Below, in pieces: positions 1 to 10,414 of a DNA stretch of 34,715 bases. A program made the position numbers and the translations under genes. A model generated the notes under the pieces. That model did no database searches, had not been told where the DNA came from, and saw nothing but the letters and a program-made list of their open reading frames with translations. Source of the DNA: a virus. Every line of letters starts with the position of its first letter. Within the stretch, counting starts at the first letter, position 1. The DNA lies in IMG/VR virus record IMGVR_UViG_3300020036_009482, positions 1 to 34,715 of that record. One strand, given 5' to 3'.

Positions 1-121
1 AAGGTGTAGATTTAGCTTTTGACCCTAATAGCAAGCCTGCGCAAATAATTGATGGATTCCAGTTTGCTAGTTGGGTCGCTGATGATCTCAATGCAATCAT
101 CCCATACTTTTCATGTGATGG
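1..121. repeat. terminal direct repeat, left copy (circular-assembly overlap or terminal redundancy)
   Basis: Bases 1-121 are identical by eye to 34595-34715, giving a unique length of 34594 bp. Confidence 0.95.
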
Positions 122-1802
122 GGTTTATAGCGAACCTATGTATTTGTGGGATGGAAGCAATACACAAAATTATTATTTTAAAAACATCAGTGCCGATTTG
201 ATTAAACAAGTTTGGTATTTCAAAACACAAATCATTTCAAAATACCTGACTATTGAAGGTTGGGTAACATTTTATCACAACCAAGATGTTGTTGAGTTTT
301 CAATTCATTCTACCTACGGCACGGTAACGAGCCCTAATTTTGGTGAGGCCATGGGAACTCTTCTAATGTACACCGGAGAAGTTGCTGTTGTTGATTATGC
401 GAAAAGAAAAGGCTTAACGCCGACTCAGTCATTAAATGGAAAATGGGTAACTCCTGTGGCTCAAGCAGGAGTTAGAGGAAGGGCACAAAGAATTGAAGCC
501 ACTGGAGCTTTTCTTTGTTTGCCTAAGCTTGAGAATATGAGCAGTGAGTTTGCTAATCCTAAAAACTTTCCAAGAATTGAGAATTTGTTTGCAAGACAGA
601 TAGCTCCTATTTGTGGAGTGTCCAAATCATGGAGAGAAAATAAGGAATGGTTAGTGTTTGGGGAAACTCCACTAAACTGGGCAAATCAAAACGTTGAAAT
701 CAATAGGGCAAGAAATGCATTTATTAGTGGACTAAACACCGCTGGAAATGAATACGATCAAAGGCCATATGCCTCACAAAAATGGTCAGGTACCTCGGGA
801 GATCATGAGGACTTTGGGGCAAGCAAGGGGCAATTGGCTGTTAGCATGGATCAGGCTTGGTCCATTTGGGATGTTAGGTATTCTTGCCAACAATGGGCAT
901 TAAGACCTACGGGGAATAAAGAAGCCAATGGTGATAGGGTTTTATTTGCAAATCACCCACAATCTAGAAGCTATGAGCAAGGTATCGATCCGAGGTTCAG
1001 TGCCTCAGATATGCTTGGTTGGCCAAATCCTACTCCATGGGAAAGACCTGGAAGTGGAGCTACCACTTTAGATGAGCAGCACAGAACCGATAACAATTTC
1101 TTTGCTACTTACGCGTTAACAAGAGACCCAAGTCTTGAGTCTATAATTCGTGATTGGATTGAGCTTGATCGTATGGATCAAAGGGTCATGAACAACATGA
1201 CGACGGCATCAAGAGCTATTGGCCGTTTGCTTATGAGTAAGGCAAATCAAATCCATTTAGGTTTCCCAGAGGCCACTGCTTCAATGATGGCAACATTTAA
1301 TGCTGCTTATCAATTTGCTCACTTTCGTGGTCAGCCGTTGAGCAATCCAGTCAAAGTAATCAACGTTGATAATCCTGCTAAATATGGATGGGTTGATGCA
1401 AATGGAACTCAGATAGCTGGATGGGTTGCTTGGCAGGAGTCCATTGCTCTTATGGGATTTTATGCTGTTTACAAGGTAACCAATGATCCAAGATGTTTGG
1501 AGCTCATTGAGGCAGTTAGTAGAACCATTATTAACCACGCTTTCTTTAAAATTGGTAATGATTGGGGCTGTGCTTATTCGGTTAGGTGGAACAGTGGTCA
1601 GCCACTTCCTGAGTCTTCATATAATTACAATCAACCCAATTACGATATAGCGGCTGATGGCATAGTCCGTTGGACGATTCCCGCTGTTAAACTTCATGTA
1701 AAACTTTTCCCAAGTTCGCCTGATGTAGTTCGCGCAAACGAAATACTAGCTGCCTTGGGTAACGTCCAAAATGTGGCTGATGCTACATGGTGGGCAATTT
1801 AA
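1..1802 (+). CDS. 3' part of the same wrap-around gene; large tail-associated protein of unknown function (possible glycan-degrading enzyme)
   Basis: There are no stops from base 3 to the track ORF at 138, and the frame is the same as the 34435 ORF. It sits directly upstream of the tail fibre gene. The C-terminal half looks helix-rich. The enzymatic guess is weak. Confidence 0.75.
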   Translation, partial: GVDLAFDPNSKPAQIIDGFQFASWVADDLNAIIPYFSCDGVYSEPMYLWDGSNTQNYYFKNISADLIKQVWYFKTQIISKYLTIEGWVTFYHNQDVVEFSIHSTYGTVTSPNFGEAMGTLLMYTGEVAVVDYAKRKGLTPTQSLNGKWVTPVAQAGVRGRAQRIEATGAFLCLPKLENMSSEFANPKNFPRIENLFARQIAPICGVSKSWRENKEWLVFGETPLNWANQNVEINRARNAFISGLNTAGNEYDQRPYASQKWSGTSGDHEDFGASKGQLAVSMDQAWSIWDVRYSCQQWALRPTGNKEANGDRVLFANHPQSRSYEQGIDPRFSASDMLGWPNPTPWERPGSGATTLDEQHRTDNNFFATYALTRDPSLESIIRDWIELDRMDQRVMNNMTTASRAIGRLLMSKANQIHLGFPEATASMMATFNAAYQFAHFRGQPLSNPVKVINVDNPAKYGWVDANGTQIAGWVAWQESIALMGFYAVYKVTNDPRCLELIEAVSRTIINHAFFKIGNDWGCAYSVRWNSGQPLPESSYNYNQPNYDIAADGIVRWTIPAVKLHVKLFPSSPDVVRANEILAALGNVQNVADATWWAI

Positions 1803-1846
1803 CTTATCCCTTTGGGGGTAACTGACTCTAAAGGAGGGTCACTTAA

Positions 1847-3961
1847 ATGCCGGCAACAATTTTTAACTCATCCAAGGTAAAGGCTTTAAAAGAGACTTTA
1901 TCACTTAACGGAGGGGCCGATGTTATCAGCTCCACCACAGATCCAACGGCAGTAGCGGTTGACGCTCTTAGGGGGTCGTTGCTTTTAAACACCTCAAACG
2001 GTGAGATTTATAGAAAGCTTGATGATGGTAGTACCACTAACTGGCAAATAGTTGGTTCCAGTGGTGCCAGTGGTATTAACTACATTGAGAATCCGATCGC
2101 AGAGGCGAACACCGCAGGTTGGGCAACATATGCCGATGCCGCTGCCTCAAGGCCAGTGGATGGAACGGGTGGATCTGCAAACGTTACATGGACCAGAACA
2201 ACCAGCTCTCCTTTGCGAGGTATTGGTAGTTTCTTATTCACTAAAGACGCAGCTAACAGGCAGGGTCAGGGGGTAAGTTATGATCTTACGATTGATGCAG
2301 CCGATCAGGCTCGTGTTTTGCAAATTAGTTTTGATTATGAGATCGCATCGGGGACGTACTCAGGTGGCACACCTTCTACTGATTCTGATCTTATTGTTTA
2401 TTTTTATCGCACAACTGCGACTGGTAGGCTTATTGAACCTTCTGTCATCAAACTTGATGGCGGGGTGTCCGGTGTAAAATATTCTTACCGAGGAGAAATC
2501 CAGGCGGATTCTGATGCAACCGGATATCGTTTGATTATACACGTAGCTACAACAAGCGCATCGGCTTACACGGTTAAAATGGATAACTTTGTTGTAGGGC
2601 CCAGCAAAAACGTCGCTGGTTCTATAACAACTTCTCCAGTTTCATACACCCCGACATTAACAACATCAGGCGGCGGAAACATCACTTTGAACGCCACTGG
2701 ACAAATTGCTCCAAATGGTTGGTGGAGAAGAAATGGTGAATTTTTAGAAGGGCAAATATCATTTAGAAACGGCAGTGGTGGTGGGGCCACAGGAACTGCC
2801 GGAACTGTTCGGGTAGGCTTGCCAACTGGTTTAACTCCAAATACCTCAAAGATGGCCACAACCGCTGCGGGTCTAAGGGCAGATGGCCATGCCTCCTTGG
2901 GTACTACGTCCGATGTCGAGGCGACTGTTTTTGTTGATATTTCCGGTTACATAACCTTTTACTTTCAGGGTGGTGCAAACTTACTTGCGGTTTCAGATTT
3001 AGCAGCAAACTATATTGTCACGGCGTCTTTTAGATACCCAGTAAGCGGATGGGGAGCTACTGCAACGTTAGGACAAGATGCTGATACTAGGGTTGTTTCT
3101 TTAAGAGTTGGAACCACTGGAGCACCGACCGGCACTGTTGCCTCTAGTATAGGATCTTCGACAACAATTCAATTTAACAACGTAACAAATGACACTCATG
3201 GCGGATATGTCGCTGCTACCGGATATACTGTTCCAGTTGGTGGCTGGTATCAGATCCACGCTCAACAAGCCATTAGCCACGCTTCGGTTGCGGTTAACCA
3301 AGAGGCTGTAATGGGCCTCTACGTAAATGGAGTGCTTGTATCCACCGGCCCTACGACAAAATTTCAAAGCACTGGTGTGGTTATTTATTATCCTTCTATG
3401 GATGACACTAGGCTTTTAAAGGCCGGTGACATTGTTACTGTAAGGGTTTCTTCAACAGGAACCACCCCAGTCACAGCTTCCGATTCTAACGGGAACAATT
3501 TAATTATCAATCGAATATCTGGGCCCGCCCAAGTAGCAGCAAGCGAAGTGATTGCCTGTAAACTTAGGCTTCCAAGTAACCAAGCTGTAAGTGGATCTAG
3601 CGCAACATTGGACTTGTCTACGGTTGTATTTGATTCTCATGGTGGAGCTGATACCGCAAACGATCGATACAGAGTCCCTGCCCCAGGTTACTATAGGGTT
3701 TCGTGTGGAATAATCGGAAGTTCTTTAACCTCCGGAAGCATTGTTCAGATATTAATTACCGTGAATGGAACATCAAGATGTACGAGATCTCAATTTGCAG
3801 TTTCAACCGGAGAGGTTTGTGTTGTTGCTGAAGATGTCTTTCTTTTAAACTCGGGAGACTTAGTCGCTGTTACTGTAGGATCCACTGACACAAGTTGGAC
3901 TGTAACGGGTGGAACAGAGGCTGATTCAAGTTTTGCTATTCAACGAATAGGCGGAATCTAA
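1847..3961 (+). CDS. tail fibre / receptor-binding protein with tandem C1q/TNF-like C-terminal jelly-roll domains
   Basis: 704-aa ORF with AAGGAGG upstream. Two C-terminal segments fit the C1q-like pattern: ...TGYTVPVGGWYQI...LKAGDIVTVRV... and ...YRVPAPGYYRVS...LNSGDLVAVTV... Confidence 0.6.
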   Translation: MPATIFNSSKVKALKETLSLNGGADVISSTTDPTAVAVDALRGSLLLNTSNGEIYRKLDDGSTTNWQIVGSSGASGINYIENPIAEANTAGWATYADAAASRPVDGTGGSANVTWTRTTSSPLRGIGSFLFTKDAANRQGQGVSYDLTIDAADQARVLQISFDYEIASGTYSGGTPSTDSDLIVYFYRTTATGRLIEPSVIKLDGGVSGVKYSYRGEIQADSDATGYRLIIHVATTSASAYTVKMDNFVVGPSKNVAGSITTSPVSYTPTLTTSGGGNITLNATGQIAPNGWWRRNGEFLEGQISFRNGSGGGATGTAGTVRVGLPTGLTPNTSKMATTAAGLRADGHASLGTTSDVEATVFVDISGYITFYFQGGANLLAVSDLAANYIVTASFRYPVSGWGATATLGQDADTRVVSLRVGTTGAPTGTVASSIGSSTTIQFNNVTNDTHGGYVAATGYTVPVGGWYQIHAQQAISHASVAVNQEAVMGLYVNGVLVSTGPTTKFQSTGVVIYYPSMDDTRLLKAGDIVTVRVSSTGTTPVTASDSNGNNLIINRISGPAQVAASEVIACKLRLPSNQAVSGSSATLDLSTVVFDSHGGADTANDRYRVPAPGYYRVSCGIIGSSLTSGSIVQILITVNGTSRCTRSQFAVSTGEVCVVAEDVFLLNSGDLVAVTVGSTDTSWTVTGGTEADSSFAIQRIGGI

Positions 3962-3963
3962 TA

Positions 3964-4761
3964 ATGGAATCGCGCGAGCAAATCTTTGAGGAGTTTTTCA
4001 CTGCAAAGTGGATTGCCGAAGATGGGCTCGCGCGTTTAGTTCCAAAAGAAGAAGATCAAAAGGAGCCGCACTTTAATGTATTGGGCCAAGAGAGCCCTCG
4101 TAATGATAATGGCATTTTGTTTCTAGCCTATTTCATTGCCATTTCTTGGGCAGCGGGTATTCGAGATCAAGTTAGAACTAAACAACTTCAAATTGGATCC
4201 ACAATAGAGAGACTTGTAAGGCTACCGTTTAGAGGATTGTTTAATAGAAGGGCTGCCGGAGATAAAAACCCAAACAACGTTTACGAGGCGCACGACAACT
4301 ATGTCGGAATTGTTGCACTATCTACTCTTTATGGGTTTTCTTTCACTCATGAGATACTTTCTTACGGGGGACGAAAAGGATGGAACTACAACAACGTCGA
4401 ACCAGAAGTCTATAGACTCGAAAGCCAAAGACAACCAGGAGAAGTAGCTCTGTATTGGCTTTGCGCTAGCACTAGCCCAGGATTTATTGAGTTAGCCTCT
4501 TTACTTTTTGGAATAGTTATAAACATGTTTAAGCGGAACCCGGGGGAGCACATGCTTACATGGCTTCGCTTGTTTGCACTTAACCATGTTGAAATACACC
4601 AATGGTGGGCTCGTGTGCCCATAGTCCTGGTTTCCCAAATATGGAAAATAGTTATGTATTTCAATTACGATAATTTATTCACGATAACTGGCGGATATTT
4701 TGTTGAGGATCACCCTATTCGCAGAATGGCCAAGAGGCTTGGCTCTGAATGGGGGTTTTAA
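3964..4761 (+). CDS. hypothetical protein (one hydrophobic segment)
   Basis: 265-aa ORF tightly packed after the fibre gene. No motif recognised. Confidence 0.6.
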   Translation: MESREQIFEEFFTAKWIAEDGLARLVPKEEDQKEPHFNVLGQESPRNDNGILFLAYFIAISWAAGIRDQVRTKQLQIGSTIERLVRLPFRGLFNRRAAGDKNPNNVYEAHDNYVGIVALSTLYGFSFTHEILSYGGRKGWNYNNVEPEVYRLESQRQPGEVALYWLCASTSPGFIELASLLFGIVINMFKRNPGEHMLTWLRLFALNHVEIHQWWARVPIVLVSQIWKIVMYFNYDNLFTITGGYFVEDHPIRRMAKRLGSEWGF

Positions 4762-5052
4762 ATGGAAATACCTAATGAAATGATTACGGCCATCCTAGGC
4801 TTTGCTGGAGCTTTTCTTCTCAAAGAGGGGTGGGATCTTATCAAGAAGAAGAAGGAAGATTCCGATCAAGAAATAAGGCAAGCTCTTAAAGAAAACACAG
4901 CAGCCATTGTAGAACTTCGCGTAGCCTTTCAGAGAGCGGAAGTAGAACTTAAGCATTTACTTGAGAGGGTTAGTTCAATTCCTGAATTAGAAAAAGACAT
5001 TAATTTAATTGGGGCGAAATTAAGAACTATGGAGGCCAAGGGGAATGGTTAA
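4762..5052 (+). CDS. small membrane protein with N-terminal TM and coiled-coil tail (holin or lysis-accessory candidate)
   Basis: N-terminal ITAILGFAGAFLL is followed by a KKKK/charged helical region. The gene overlaps the start of the peptidase gene. Confidence 0.5.
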   Translation: MEIPNEMITAILGFAGAFLLKEGWDLIKKKKEDSDQEIRQALKENTAAIVELRVAFQRAEVELKHLLERVSSIPELEKDINLIGAKLRTMEAKGNG

Positions 5053-5536
5053 ATGGGAAGATCTAAAATACTTCAAAAAGGAATCCACTACAGACAAGTG
5101 GGGTGATCCAGATCGAATTGATAAGTTTTTGCTTCTTTATCTTGATGAGTTTAGAGATGCAATTGGGACCCCTTTGATTGTGACAAGTGGATTTCGAAAA
5201 GGAGATCCAGGTCAGCACGGCTTGGGGAGGGCGGTTGACGTAGTTGCTCCCAATTTTGGGGGGTCCCTTTTTGATTTATATTTAATTGCAGAGAGATTTA
5301 ACTTCTCAGGTATAGGCGTATACAGAGATTGGTTGTATGAGGGCAAAAGAGTAGGTGGGTTGCATTTAGATACTAGAATGCTTATTGGGACTTACAAAAA
5401 AGAGTTCATGTCGGCTAGATGGCTTTGCATTAGACCTGGCACTCAAGGCTCTTTAGACGCCAATAGTATTTTATCGGTCAAACAAGTTTATATCCCATTG
5501 AACCATGAAAATTTACGCAAAGAAGGTATTATTTAG
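5045..5536 (+). CDS. peptidase M15-type (zinc D-Ala-D-Ala / L-Ala-D-Glu peptidase family) endolysin
   Basis: Motifs SGFRKGDPGQHGLGRAVDV and GGLHLDTR fit the H-x6-D ... H-x-D zinc site of M15 peptidases. Confidence 0.8.
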   Translation: MVKWEDLKYFKKESTTDKWGDPDRIDKFLLLYLDEFRDAIGTPLIVTSGFRKGDPGQHGLGRAVDVVAPNFGGSLFDLYLIAERFNFSGIGVYRDWLYEGKRVGGLHLDTRMLIGTYKKEFMSARWLCIRPGTQGSLDANSILSVKQVYIPLNHENLRKEGII

Positions 5537-5538
5537 CC

Positions 5539-6063
5539 ATGGCATTTACACAACTAAGTTTGGGGTTAACACTAACTCTACCAACAAACGGAACGAGAAA
5601 CTGGGGAAGTACTCTAAGAAATACTACCTGGACAAAAATTAGTTCGCACGATCACACAGGAAGTGGAAATGGATTGCCGTTATCAACGGCTGCAATTCAA
5701 AACGGTTCAATAACCACTGCAAAACTCGCGCCAAGCATAGCTTTTACACAATATGCCTCAACACTGGCCCCATCGGGTACTACGCAAACGATTGATTTAA
5801 ACAATGGGATCATTCAGAAGCTAAATTTAGGTAGCGCTAGTGGAAACGTAACACTGACAATTTCTAATCCTCAAACCGGTGGCTTTTATCGTATCTTTGT
5901 TATACAGGGTGCCACGCCCAGGACTCTAGTATGGCCTGCCGCAGTTAAATGGCCGCAGGGTCAAATCGCAATATTAAGCACGACCAATGGAGCAGTTGAT
6001 GTCATAGATTTGTACTACGATGGGACTAACTACTTTGCAGATTGGCAAGTAGACTTTCAATAA
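5539..6063 (+). CDS. tail-fibre-like structural protein
   Basis: 174-aa ORF. The HDHTGSGNGLPLSTAAIQNGSITTAKLA motif is common in phage fibre N-termini. Confidence 0.5.
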   Translation: MAFTQLSLGLTLTLPTNGTRNWGSTLRNTTWTKISSHDHTGSGNGLPLSTAAIQNGSITTAKLAPSIAFTQYASTLAPSGTTQTIDLNNGIIQKLNLGSASGNVTLTISNPQTGGFYRIFVIQGATPRTLVWPAAVKWPQGQIAILSTTNGAVDVIDLYYDGTNYFADWQVDFQ

Positions 6064-6074
6064 GGAGTAATTTT

Positions 6075-6293
6075 ATGGATCCAGTAACTGCGGCTGCAGC
6101 AATTACAGCTTTGACTTCTTTAACGGGTGGATTGTTTGCACAAAAGGCCGCAAAAAGAAAAGAAGAAAGAGACAGGCAAATGCAAGCTCTTCAAATGCAA
6201 CAACAAGCAGGAGCCCAAGCTGCCCAAACATTAGGAAATCAATCGCCATTTCAGGCGTTGATGCAAAGTTATCAAAACATTTTAGGAAGGTAA
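6075..6293 (+). CDS. small hypothetical protein (A/Q-rich)
   Basis: ATG at 6075 lies 7 nt after AAGGAG (6062-6067). The track start at 6042 overlaps the upstream gene and has no RBS. Confidence 0.55.
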   Translation: MDPVTAAAAITALTSLTGGLFAQKAAKRKEERDRQMQALQMQQQAGAQAAQTLGNQSPFQALMQSYQNILGR

Positions 6294-6297
6294 AAAA

Positions 6298-6603
6298 ATG
6301 AAAGAACTAATCGAATCAATGATGAAAGATAGTATGGGCGGCAATCAAAAGGGCGGAAAAATCGACCAGATTGCTGAAGACATTAAGGCTGTTGCCGATG
6401 AAATGGGTATTGGCGTTGGCGAAGCTCTTGAGCAAGTCAAAGAAAAATGCGGCGACTATGAAATGGACGATGATACTGACGTTATGGATGACGGCATGAG
6501 CGAAAAAGAAGAAATGGAAGAGCCCAAGGCCATGAACGGCAAAAAAGCAATTGTAATTGCAATGCTTAAGAAAAAAGCAGGCGAGAAAAAAGAGCAATAC
6601 TAA
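6298..6603 (+). CDS. highly acidic small protein
   Basis: 101 aa with D/E/M-rich runs (YEMDDDTDVMDDGMSEKEEMEE). Confidence 0.55.
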   Translation: MKELIESMMKDSMGGNQKGGKIDQIAEDIKAVADEMGIGVGEALEQVKEKCGDYEMDDDTDVMDDGMSEKEEMEEPKAMNGKKAIVIAMLKKKAGEKKEQY

Positions 6604-7548
6604 ATGAGACGCATTGATTTGTTGATAACAGATGCCAGGACTGAAACTGATAATTTAATTTTTAGTGATTCAACTGGGATTCAAGATAGTGAGTTTTTAC
6701 GTTGGGCCAATTCTGCTCAAACAAGAATTTACTCTCTTATTCAGCAAACCAATCCCAATCTTTTTACTAGAGAAACGATAATCTCTGCAGTCACCAATCA
6801 AGAAGCTTACACAATCCCCTCTCTTACCTTCCTAGGCTCAAGAGTAACGATGGTTGAGTATTCTAAGACTGGATTATCCAGAGATTATTATCTTTTAAAA
6901 CAAGGCTCTATTTATGAGCGAGTAAATGGCTCAGCTGGGGATCCTGTATTTTATATCCCTCAATCTGGGCAGCTTCTTATTCAACCATCTCCACAAGCTG
7001 GAGGTAGTTTTAGAGTAATAACTCAAAAAGAACTTCCTAGATTAGACATTCGTAGGGCCTCTGTTTCTGCGGTTACCTTGGACACAGTAAACAGAACAAT
7101 TACCTCGCTCACTTTTGATCCCACACTTAACTTGGATAGCACAACTATTGAGAGTGAAAATTACATCACGATTGTTGATAAAGACGGCAATATTAAGATG
7201 GATGCAATTCCAGTTACTGCGGTCGACACAACCACTGGATTGGTTACTTTGTCAGCTGGATTTGTTTACGATGAAGGTGAAACCATTAGTGTTGGTGATT
7301 GGGTGTGTGCGGGTTCTTATAGCTCAACTCATTGTGAGCTTAGCAACAACGTTGAAAGATATTTAGTAGATTTTATGATTTGGAAAGTTGAGAAGCGTGA
7401 CAGCTCCACAACTAGCCAAGAGATTAGTCAAGAAATTAAGGATCAAGAGTTTGAAATCACAACATCCTACGCTAATCCGACCGACGATGTTGTAAGACCA
7501 GCCATTCTTGATGCTCAATATCTTGATCATGATGAATGGTATAAGTGA
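6604..7548 (+). CDS. putative head-tail adaptor / connector-associated protein
   Basis: 314-aa ORF immediately upstream of, and overlapping, the 837-aa gene. Assignment rests on position and general resemblance only. Confidence 0.35.
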   Translation: MRRIDLLITDARTETDNLIFSDSTGIQDSEFLRWANSAQTRIYSLIQQTNPNLFTRETIISAVTNQEAYTIPSLTFLGSRVTMVEYSKTGLSRDYYLLKQGSIYERVNGSAGDPVFYIPQSGQLLIQPSPQAGGSFRVITQKELPRLDIRRASVSAVTLDTVNRTITSLTFDPTLNLDSTTIESENYITIVDKDGNIKMDAIPVTAVDTTTGLVTLSAGFVYDEGETISVGDWVCAGSYSSTHCELSNNVERYLVDFMIWKVEKRDSSTTSQEISQEIKDQEFEITTSYANPTDDVVRPAILDAQYLDHDEWYK

Positions 7549-10058
7549 TGCAACTAACAAAGCGTTTTTATAACCACAAAGGTTTAGATTTAAAAAGTAG
7601 TGATCTCATTCGCCCAGCTGAATACGCATCTGGGATGCTTAATGCTGAATACTCTGACGGTGGTGCTATTAAAAAACGCGTTGGTTACCAGGCGCACGCT
7701 CCATCCACGGGATTTAGCGGAATGTGGACCTATCAAAAAGTTGATGTCGATACGGGATTACAGGCTCCCGAGGTTCTGTGTGTTGATGATAATTTAAATC
7801 TACTAACCGACACTGTTTTCACGATAACTTACTCTGGAGCGGACCCAACTTGTGAATTATCGATCTTTTTAGATTCAACTACTCAAAGGTACAAGGCTCA
7901 GATTTTAGAAGGGTCTACTACTGTGCTTGATTTTGATTTAGGAGTTGGTTTTGATGAAACCACTCCGGTCACACTTGCTGATTTAAAGACAGCAATTGAT
8001 GCGATCACAAACTTCTCAGCAAGTATCACTGGAGTAACCACATCTCCTGCCGCGTTTCTTGAAACGTTAAGATTATTTGATTTAACAACTGGCCCATATA
8101 GCGGTGTTGTTGGAACTTGGTCGCAAATTTATTCTCCGACCTCAAGTCCCTTCTCTGCGCACTTTGCTACAAGAAACGACGATGATTTTGAAAACGTATC
8201 TACTATCCAGATTAATAACGTAATCTATTTCAGCAATGGAATAGATGAGGTTTATAAATACGATGGGCAGACATTTTATCGCGCTGGGATGCCGACCCCT
8301 GCTAGCTTTACTGCAACATTAGTTGGAGCTGGATCAATAACTGGAAGTAACTACATTCACAAGGTTCAATATTTTCAAATTGATGCGGTCGGAAATTTTA
8401 TTGAGGGCAATTTAACTCAAACTACAGCACAGAACGCCGCCGCTCAGAACTTTAGTATTGGAGTCCCAAACATAGTAGCCGCTAGTGGATTTAATACCAA
8501 TTGCGCAATCGTTAACGGATTACAAAGTGGGGTAAATACAATAACGGTTGATAATGGCAGTGGTGGAGCCCACACACTACAGGTTGGTGATACTGCTTAT
8601 TTCTTTGATGGCGTAAGCTCTGCCTATGTAACAAGAACAGTTACTGCGAGAACCTCTACGAGTATAACTGTTTCTGGGGCCGCGGTTAACGTTGCTGATA
8701 ACATTGTTATCTCAAACAATCTCCGCATCTTAATTTGGAGATCTAAAACCTCAGCAACGACACCGACTGCTTTTTATCTTGTTGATGAGATTCCAAATAA
8801 CTCATTTGCTGCGACTCAGACTTATGTGGACAGCAAGGTCGATGCTTCTTTAGGCGAGATTCTTTTTGAGCCCGCGACAGACCGAAGCCCTCCTCCTAAG
8901 GGAAAGTACGTTTCCCAATGGAACGGGCAAATGTGTATCGCGGGTAATTATGATTCTCCGACATCTTTCTATTTTAGCGACGTTGATGGGCCTGAGTATT
9001 TTCCTGCCGACACAAATCAGCTTTTTATTGAGCCCGGAAACGGCGACATTATTACGGGCATTGCTCCTAACAACGAGGTGTTTACTATTCATGGGAATAC
9101 CTCTTTCACCGTAATTTCAGGGGATTTGTCCACTGGTCAAATTAGGGTTGAGACAAGAGCAAGGGATGTTGGATGCGCGGCCCACGCCACAATTCAGGAC
9201 ATTGATGGCGTGCTTTGTTGGTTGTCGCCTCAAGGCCCAAGAATGAGCTCAGGCGGATCGATCCCTTCTCCTATGGGACCAGCAATTGACCCCTCTGAAA
9301 GTAACCAAGCATCTAGGATAGACCCTGACTTTAACAACGAGGGTAGAACAGCCGACGAGTCTTTTGTTTTAAAAAGGGCTGTGGGATTTAACTTCTCAAC
9401 TGCAGATAAGTACTTTCTTTTCGTTCCAGCTGAATCAGTAGAAGGATCAGATAGATACACTAACTCTAATTCAAGAGTATTTGTTTACGACAGAGTTAGG
9501 GATGCTTGGCTAAAATGGTCTAACTTAGATTTTAGCGCTGGTGTAACTACTTTTGGCGAAGAGCTCTATTTTATTGAAAGAAGGTACTCAGAGTTCGCCA
9601 GTGCCGTTACAAACATAATGTATCGAAGGCACAATCTGTTTGATGCATTTGATTACGCAGATAATATAAATGCCGTAGAATTTGATTACTCTCCTCAGTG
9701 GGAATTTCTAGGTGAGCCTAGCGTTTTAAAAGATTGTATAGCTATTCGTTTGTTCTCCATTGAGGCAGTCCCCAATAATCAATTCACTGTTACCATTGAG
9801 CAGGAAATTAATTTCCAGACCGATTCAAACGTTGCCATATTTGATTTAGAAGTATCCGGTGGTGGTTATGGATTCTCTGCTTATGGGGTTGATCCTTATT
9901 CGGATCCTAACCAAGATGCGTTTTTACATCCAATGAGTAGGTCTAGAACTAGGGCTGTTAGGCCAAGATTTAAAAACGACACAATTCACGAGGCGGTATT
10001 AATTACAGGGTGGGAGTTAGAATTCTCAACTCCATACCGACCGGAGTTTAAACCATGA
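7545..10058 (+). CDS. large tail (nozzle / tail-tubular-B-like) virion protein
   Basis: 837-aa ORF with an ATGA-type overlap to the upstream gene. The size and beta-rich repeats resemble podovirus nozzle proteins. This is an inference. Confidence 0.4.
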   Translation: MMQLTKRFYNHKGLDLKSSDLIRPAEYASGMLNAEYSDGGAIKKRVGYQAHAPSTGFSGMWTYQKVDVDTGLQAPEVLCVDDNLNLLTDTVFTITYSGADPTCELSIFLDSTTQRYKAQILEGSTTVLDFDLGVGFDETTPVTLADLKTAIDAITNFSASITGVTTSPAAFLETLRLFDLTTGPYSGVVGTWSQIYSPTSSPFSAHFATRNDDDFENVSTIQINNVIYFSNGIDEVYKYDGQTFYRAGMPTPASFTATLVGAGSITGSNYIHKVQYFQIDAVGNFIEGNLTQTTAQNAAAQNFSIGVPNIVAASGFNTNCAIVNGLQSGVNTITVDNGSGGAHTLQVGDTAYFFDGVSSAYVTRTVTARTSTSITVSGAAVNVADNIVISNNLRILIWRSKTSATTPTAFYLVDEIPNNSFAATQTYVDSKVDASLGEILFEPATDRSPPPKGKYVSQWNGQMCIAGNYDSPTSFYFSDVDGPEYFPADTNQLFIEPGNGDIITGIAPNNEVFTIHGNTSFTVISGDLSTGQIRVETRARDVGCAAHATIQDIDGVLCWLSPQGPRMSSGGSIPSPMGPAIDPSESNQASRIDPDFNNEGRTADESFVLKRAVGFNFSTADKYFLFVPAESVEGSDRYTNSNSRVFVYDRVRDAWLKWSNLDFSAGVTTFGEELYFIERRYSEFASAVTNIMYRRHNLFDAFDYADNINAVEFDYSPQWEFLGEPSVLKDCIAIRLFSIEAVPNNQFTVTIEQEINFQTDSNVAIFDLEVSGGGYGFSAYGVDPYSDPNQDAFLHPMSRSRTRAVRPRFKNDTIHEAVLITGWELEFSTPYRPEFKP

Positions 10059-10414
10059 ACTTTGCGGCTCTTAAGGAATTTAGAAAGACTCAAGCCACAG
10101 GCATTAAAGAAGTGGTTAGCTATTTGGCCGATGAATTATCAGCAACGATTAGGGAACTTAGGGCAGGACTTCAGAGGTTAACCTTTGGAGACAATTTTGC
10201 TGGGTTTACTGAGGTTTTAACGATACCAGCCAATACGGAACTAACCATCCCAAATAAGTTGGGATCGATTCCTTCTTATTGGATCATTTTAAGAAAAGAC
10301 GTTGGTGGTTTATCAGTATCTGAGGGGGCAACAGCATGGACATTGGAGACAGTGACTCTAAAGAACAACTCCTTAACGGTCGCGGCCAATATCACAGTGA
10401 GATTTTTCAAGTAG
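10055..10414 (+). CDS. hypothetical virion protein
   Basis: 119-aa ORF whose start overlaps the upstream stop. Confidence 0.55.
   Translation: MNFAALKEFRKTQATGIKEVVSYLADELSATIRELRAGLQRLTFGDNFAGFTEVLTIPANTELTIPNKLGSIPSYWIILRKDVGGLSVSEGATAWTLETVTLKNNSLTVAANITVRFFK

Noticed and set aside
1-121. The terminal repeats, considered as LTR/IS-type ends of a mobile element or as true phage direct terminal repeats.
   Set aside because: A coding frame runs seamlessly through the repeat, and the repeat falls mid-gene. A circular-assembly overlap explains it best. True termini need read-level evidence.
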